Shown: piece by piece, positions 61,531-64,000 of the stretch
How positions within the stretch are numbered: the stretch's first letter is position 1
How the letters are laid out: the number at the start of each line of letters is the position of its first letter
NCBI GenBank assembly: GCA_900320045.1
Contig: ONQT01000006.1
Span: 19,633 to 83,632 of the forward strand
DNA from: an uncultured Prevotellaceae bacterium
GTDB lineage: Bacteria > Bacteroidota > Bacteroidia > Bacteroidales > Bacteroidaceae
DNA: 64,000 nucleotides
Direction of reading: 5' to 3'
Translations under genes and position numbers: made by a program
The notes under the pieces: generated by a model
What the model saw: only the letters and a program-made list of their open reading frames with translations
Database searches by the model: none
What the model was told of the DNA's origin: nothing

Positions 61531-63999
61531 TCACAGTCTGCTCTTCTCGGAATTGCCGGCGCCGGTACCCTTATACTTCGACGGGGTGACATTGAAGCGG
61601 TAGCGCAGGGAGAGGGTAACACAGCGGGAGTCATTGTCCTCCATCTTGCGAATCATCATGCGATTGCTATAGAGCGTGAAGCGATTGATGGCTCCATTGA
61701 AGAGGTCATTGCCTGAAAGTTTGATGTTAAGGCGACGTTTGCAGAAGTCCTTGCTGACACTAAGCGAAAGAATGGGGTTTGTGCTGTCGAAATTGGCATT
61801 TGCACCGCTATTACCATGGGTGTGCACGTTGAAGTCGGCCTGCACCAGCCAGTCGTGAGGAAACGTGACAATATTGCCTAATTGCAACGACAGCATAGGC
61901 TGACTGAAACTCTTCTGTTCACCTCTAAATTCTGTTTTGAGCCACGGCTTCATCAGTGATATATTGTATTGCGGAGTCCATGTGACCTCATGCCCCAATT
62001 TGATATCTTTCTGTGCTCCCAGCGTAATGACAAGCCAGTCGAGATGGTCGTAGTTTTTGTAAGTCACAAGGTTTACCTTGCTGTCGTTCTCCAAACTTCC
62101 TGCCGTGTAAAGGATAGGGTCTACACAATGGGAGAAGTTGACATTGAGATAGAGCCACTTCCACATAGCCATCGTATTTACGTTATGGTATTTGACAGGC
62201 TTCAGATAGGGATTACCCGTCTGCAAGTTCAGGCGGTTCTCATAGATGACATCACTACTCAGTTGCCAGTAAGACGGGCGCCTGGTGCGCTTGGCATAGC
62301 TGAAGGATAGTTGCACCTTCTTCACAGAAGCTGATAAAGAAACCGATGGAAAGAAGTCGTTATATGTACGGCTCTGGTCGTCGCGACGTATGCCGCTAAC
62401 GAAGTATTCCGACGTCACATGCTCATAGCGCAAACCTGCAGCCAACTGAAGACGGCCAATCTGCTGGCGTAGCTCTATGAAGGGGGCTATTGTCTGCTCA
62501 TGCTGTTCGTTGTTGCTGTTGGCGATAAATCCTTGTTCGTTTTCAAAACTGCTGTTCCAACGGGTGTTAGTGTACTCCTCGCCCACCTCTATCTGCCCTT
62601 TCCCTATCGGATACGTCACGAAGAGTTTTTCTGCCATCAGTCGGCTACGCGTCAGGGCATACGTGTTCACGTCACGGTCATCATACTCGACGCTCAGTTC
62701 CTGTTGCTGGTTGCGGTTACGCTGATTACGATAGGTATAGTCGGCATTGAAGTCAATGCTGAGCTTTCCAATCTTACCCGTGTAGTATATATTCACTTGG
62801 TGTTTGGGTGTGCCTTTGGCTCTTTTGACGCTACTGTTCTGCAAGTGGTCATACATGGTGCCGTTGGCTTGCAGGTCATCGTCATAGTCGCTCCAAGTCT
62901 TCACGTAGTCGTAGGTGTTCTGATAGAAGCCACCAAGAGAATTGTCGTCGTTCAGCTGGTAGTTGAAGCCGAAGCGGCCTTCAAGGAATGGATTGTAAGC
63001 CTTGTCCCTCTGCTTGTTGGTAATCACCCAGAGTGTGTCAGCAAAGACGGTCTGCTCAAAGTCGCCTCTCTCCCACCGTTTGTTGTAAGCTCCAAAGAGA
63101 TTGGCAAACAGTTCCAACTTTCCTGTGCGGTAGGTCAGGTTGATTCGTTCGTTGTTTGCATAGCCGTGCCCCTTGCGGCTCCATGAGGTCAGTTCTACAC
63201 CCAGGCCTTCACCTGCTGTGCGCTTGGTACGTATGATGATGACAGCATTGACCGTTGCGTCATACCGGGCACCGGGATTCTGGATGACTTCCACGTTCTT
63301 GATGTTGTCCGACTGGATGTTACGCAGTTCCTGCAAGTCGGTCAACTTACGGTTGTTCAGGTAGATCAACGGCACACCTTTTCCCAGGATTTCAAACGCA
63401 TCGCCTTTCTTCGAAATCATCGGTACGCGTGAGAGCACATCTTCAGCGGTGCCCATTCGTTCCATCACCGTGCCCTCGACATTCATCACAAGCGAATTGC
63501 CCTGCAGCTGTACTTTGGGACGCTCACCTTGTACGACCACGCCGTTCAGCGTATAGCTGTCAGGCTGCATCCGTATCGTGCCAAGTTTGGTGCCTTTACA
63601 ATGCCTATACACGGTCTTGTAGCCGACGTAGGAGATGCGGGCGAGGACAGGACTTGTTTCACAGGGAATGACGAAGAGACCAGCCTCATTGCTCACGCCA
63701 CCACCTATCAGTGTAGAATCAGAGGTTTGAAGCAAATAAACATTGGCATAGGGCACGGGCTGGCCTTGTTCGTCAATAATGGTACCCGTCAGATGGCGAT
63801 TGGTCTTGTGGGTACATTCCACATAGATCTCATGTTTTCCACTTTTTACCACACGGACAGGATAAAAGCCGACTGTCTGCAGGATAGCATCGGGAACAGA
63901 CTTGTTTTGTATATGAGTAGTCACGCGGAAGTCTTCCAGTTCATCATAGATAAAGGTGATGTCGTAGTCTGTGGCTTGCGCCTGAATATATTTCAGGGC
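61531..63999 (-). CDS. Outer-membrane beta-barrel protein, TonB-dependent-receptor-like, with carboxypeptidase-regulatory-like domain; 5'-truncated by window edge
   Basis: GTIIDEQGQPVPYANV, ISYVGY, plug-like VEVIQNPGARYDA..VIIIRTK, GNPYLKP, terminal LRYRFN..SKYKGTGAG; frame open to the window end. Confidence 0.85.
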   Translation of the reverse strand, partial: ALKYIQAQATDYDITFIYDELEDFRVTTHIQNKSVPDAILQTVGFYPVRVVKSGKHEIYVECTHKTNRHLTGTIIDEQGQPVPYANVYLLQTSDSTLIGGGVSNEAGLFVIPCETSPVLARISYVGYKTVYRHCKGTKLGTIRMQPDSYTLNGVVVQGERPKVQLQGNSLVMNVEGTVMERMGTAEDVLSRVPMISKKGDAFEILGKGVPLIYLNNRKLTDLQELRNIQSDNIKNVEVIQNPGARYDATVNAVIIIRTKRTAGEGLGVELTSWSRKGHGYANNERINLTYRTGKLELFANLFGAYNKRWERGDFEQTVFADTLWVITNKQRDKAYNPFLEGRFGFNYQLNDDNSLGGFYQNTYDYVKTWSDYDDDLQANGTMYDHLQNSSVKRAKGTPKHQVNIYYTGKIGKLSIDFNADYTYRNQRNRNQQQELSVEYDDRDVNTYALTRSRLMAEKLFVTYPIGKGQIEVGEEYTNTRWNSSFENEQGFIANSNNEQHEQTIAPFIELRQQIGRLQLAAGLRYEHVTSEYFVSGIRRDDQSRTYNDFFPSVSLSASVKKVQLSFSYAKRTRRPSYWQLSSDVIYENRLNLQTGNPYLKPVKYHNVNTMAMWKWLYLNVNFSHCVDPILYTAGSLENDSKVNLVTYKNYDHLDWLVITLGAQKDIKLGHEVTWTPQYNISLMKPWLKTEFRGEQKSFSQPMLSLQLGNIVTFPHDWLVQADFNVHTHGNSGANANFDSTNPILSLSVSKDFCKRRLNIKLSGNDLFNGAINRFTLYSNRMMIRKMEDNDSRCVTLSLRYRFNVTPSKYKGTGAGNSEKSRL

Positions 64000-64000
64000 T

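Overview
Chromosomal segment of a Bacteroidota bacterium, very probably a Prevotellaceae member (gene content, TAnnTTTG promoters). It carries about 44 protein genes. I saw no rRNA, tRNA, CRISPR array, transposase or integrase. Housekeeping blocks (argF', fucP, recF, rsmD, cls, dnaG, mlaEF, lptB; M16 peptidase, hflX, nagB, acyl-CoA ligase, ECF-sigma operon, MATE, CDF, alpha-2-macroglobulin, meaB, ispH, rsmF-like, thyA, folA, asnC, exbBD, typA) flank a ~22 kb cluster resembling the rhamnogalacturonan-II enzyme set (CE19, GH95, GH140, GH78-GH33, GH138, GH137-GH2, GH2, plus a DASS transporter) with no SusC/SusD. The most unusual signals lie below gene level. (1) About 21 short hairpins with co-varying stems and a conserved GG-TTy(n)n-CC loop sit in-frame inside exported proteins, one forming part of a signal peptide. 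(2) Further dispersed families (a 40-bp hairpin, a heptamer array with a fixed tail, 7- and 9-mer microrepeats) lie in coding sequence or contain start/stop codons. (3) An HU-like gene is followed by a 22-bp-phased mosaic array. (4) A shared GACAAA-N14/15-GTC motif precedes all four transcription units of the glycan cluster, once as a palindrome that could serve both strands. (5) There are two unannotated single-helix microproteins. All family assignments come from recognised motifs, not database searches.
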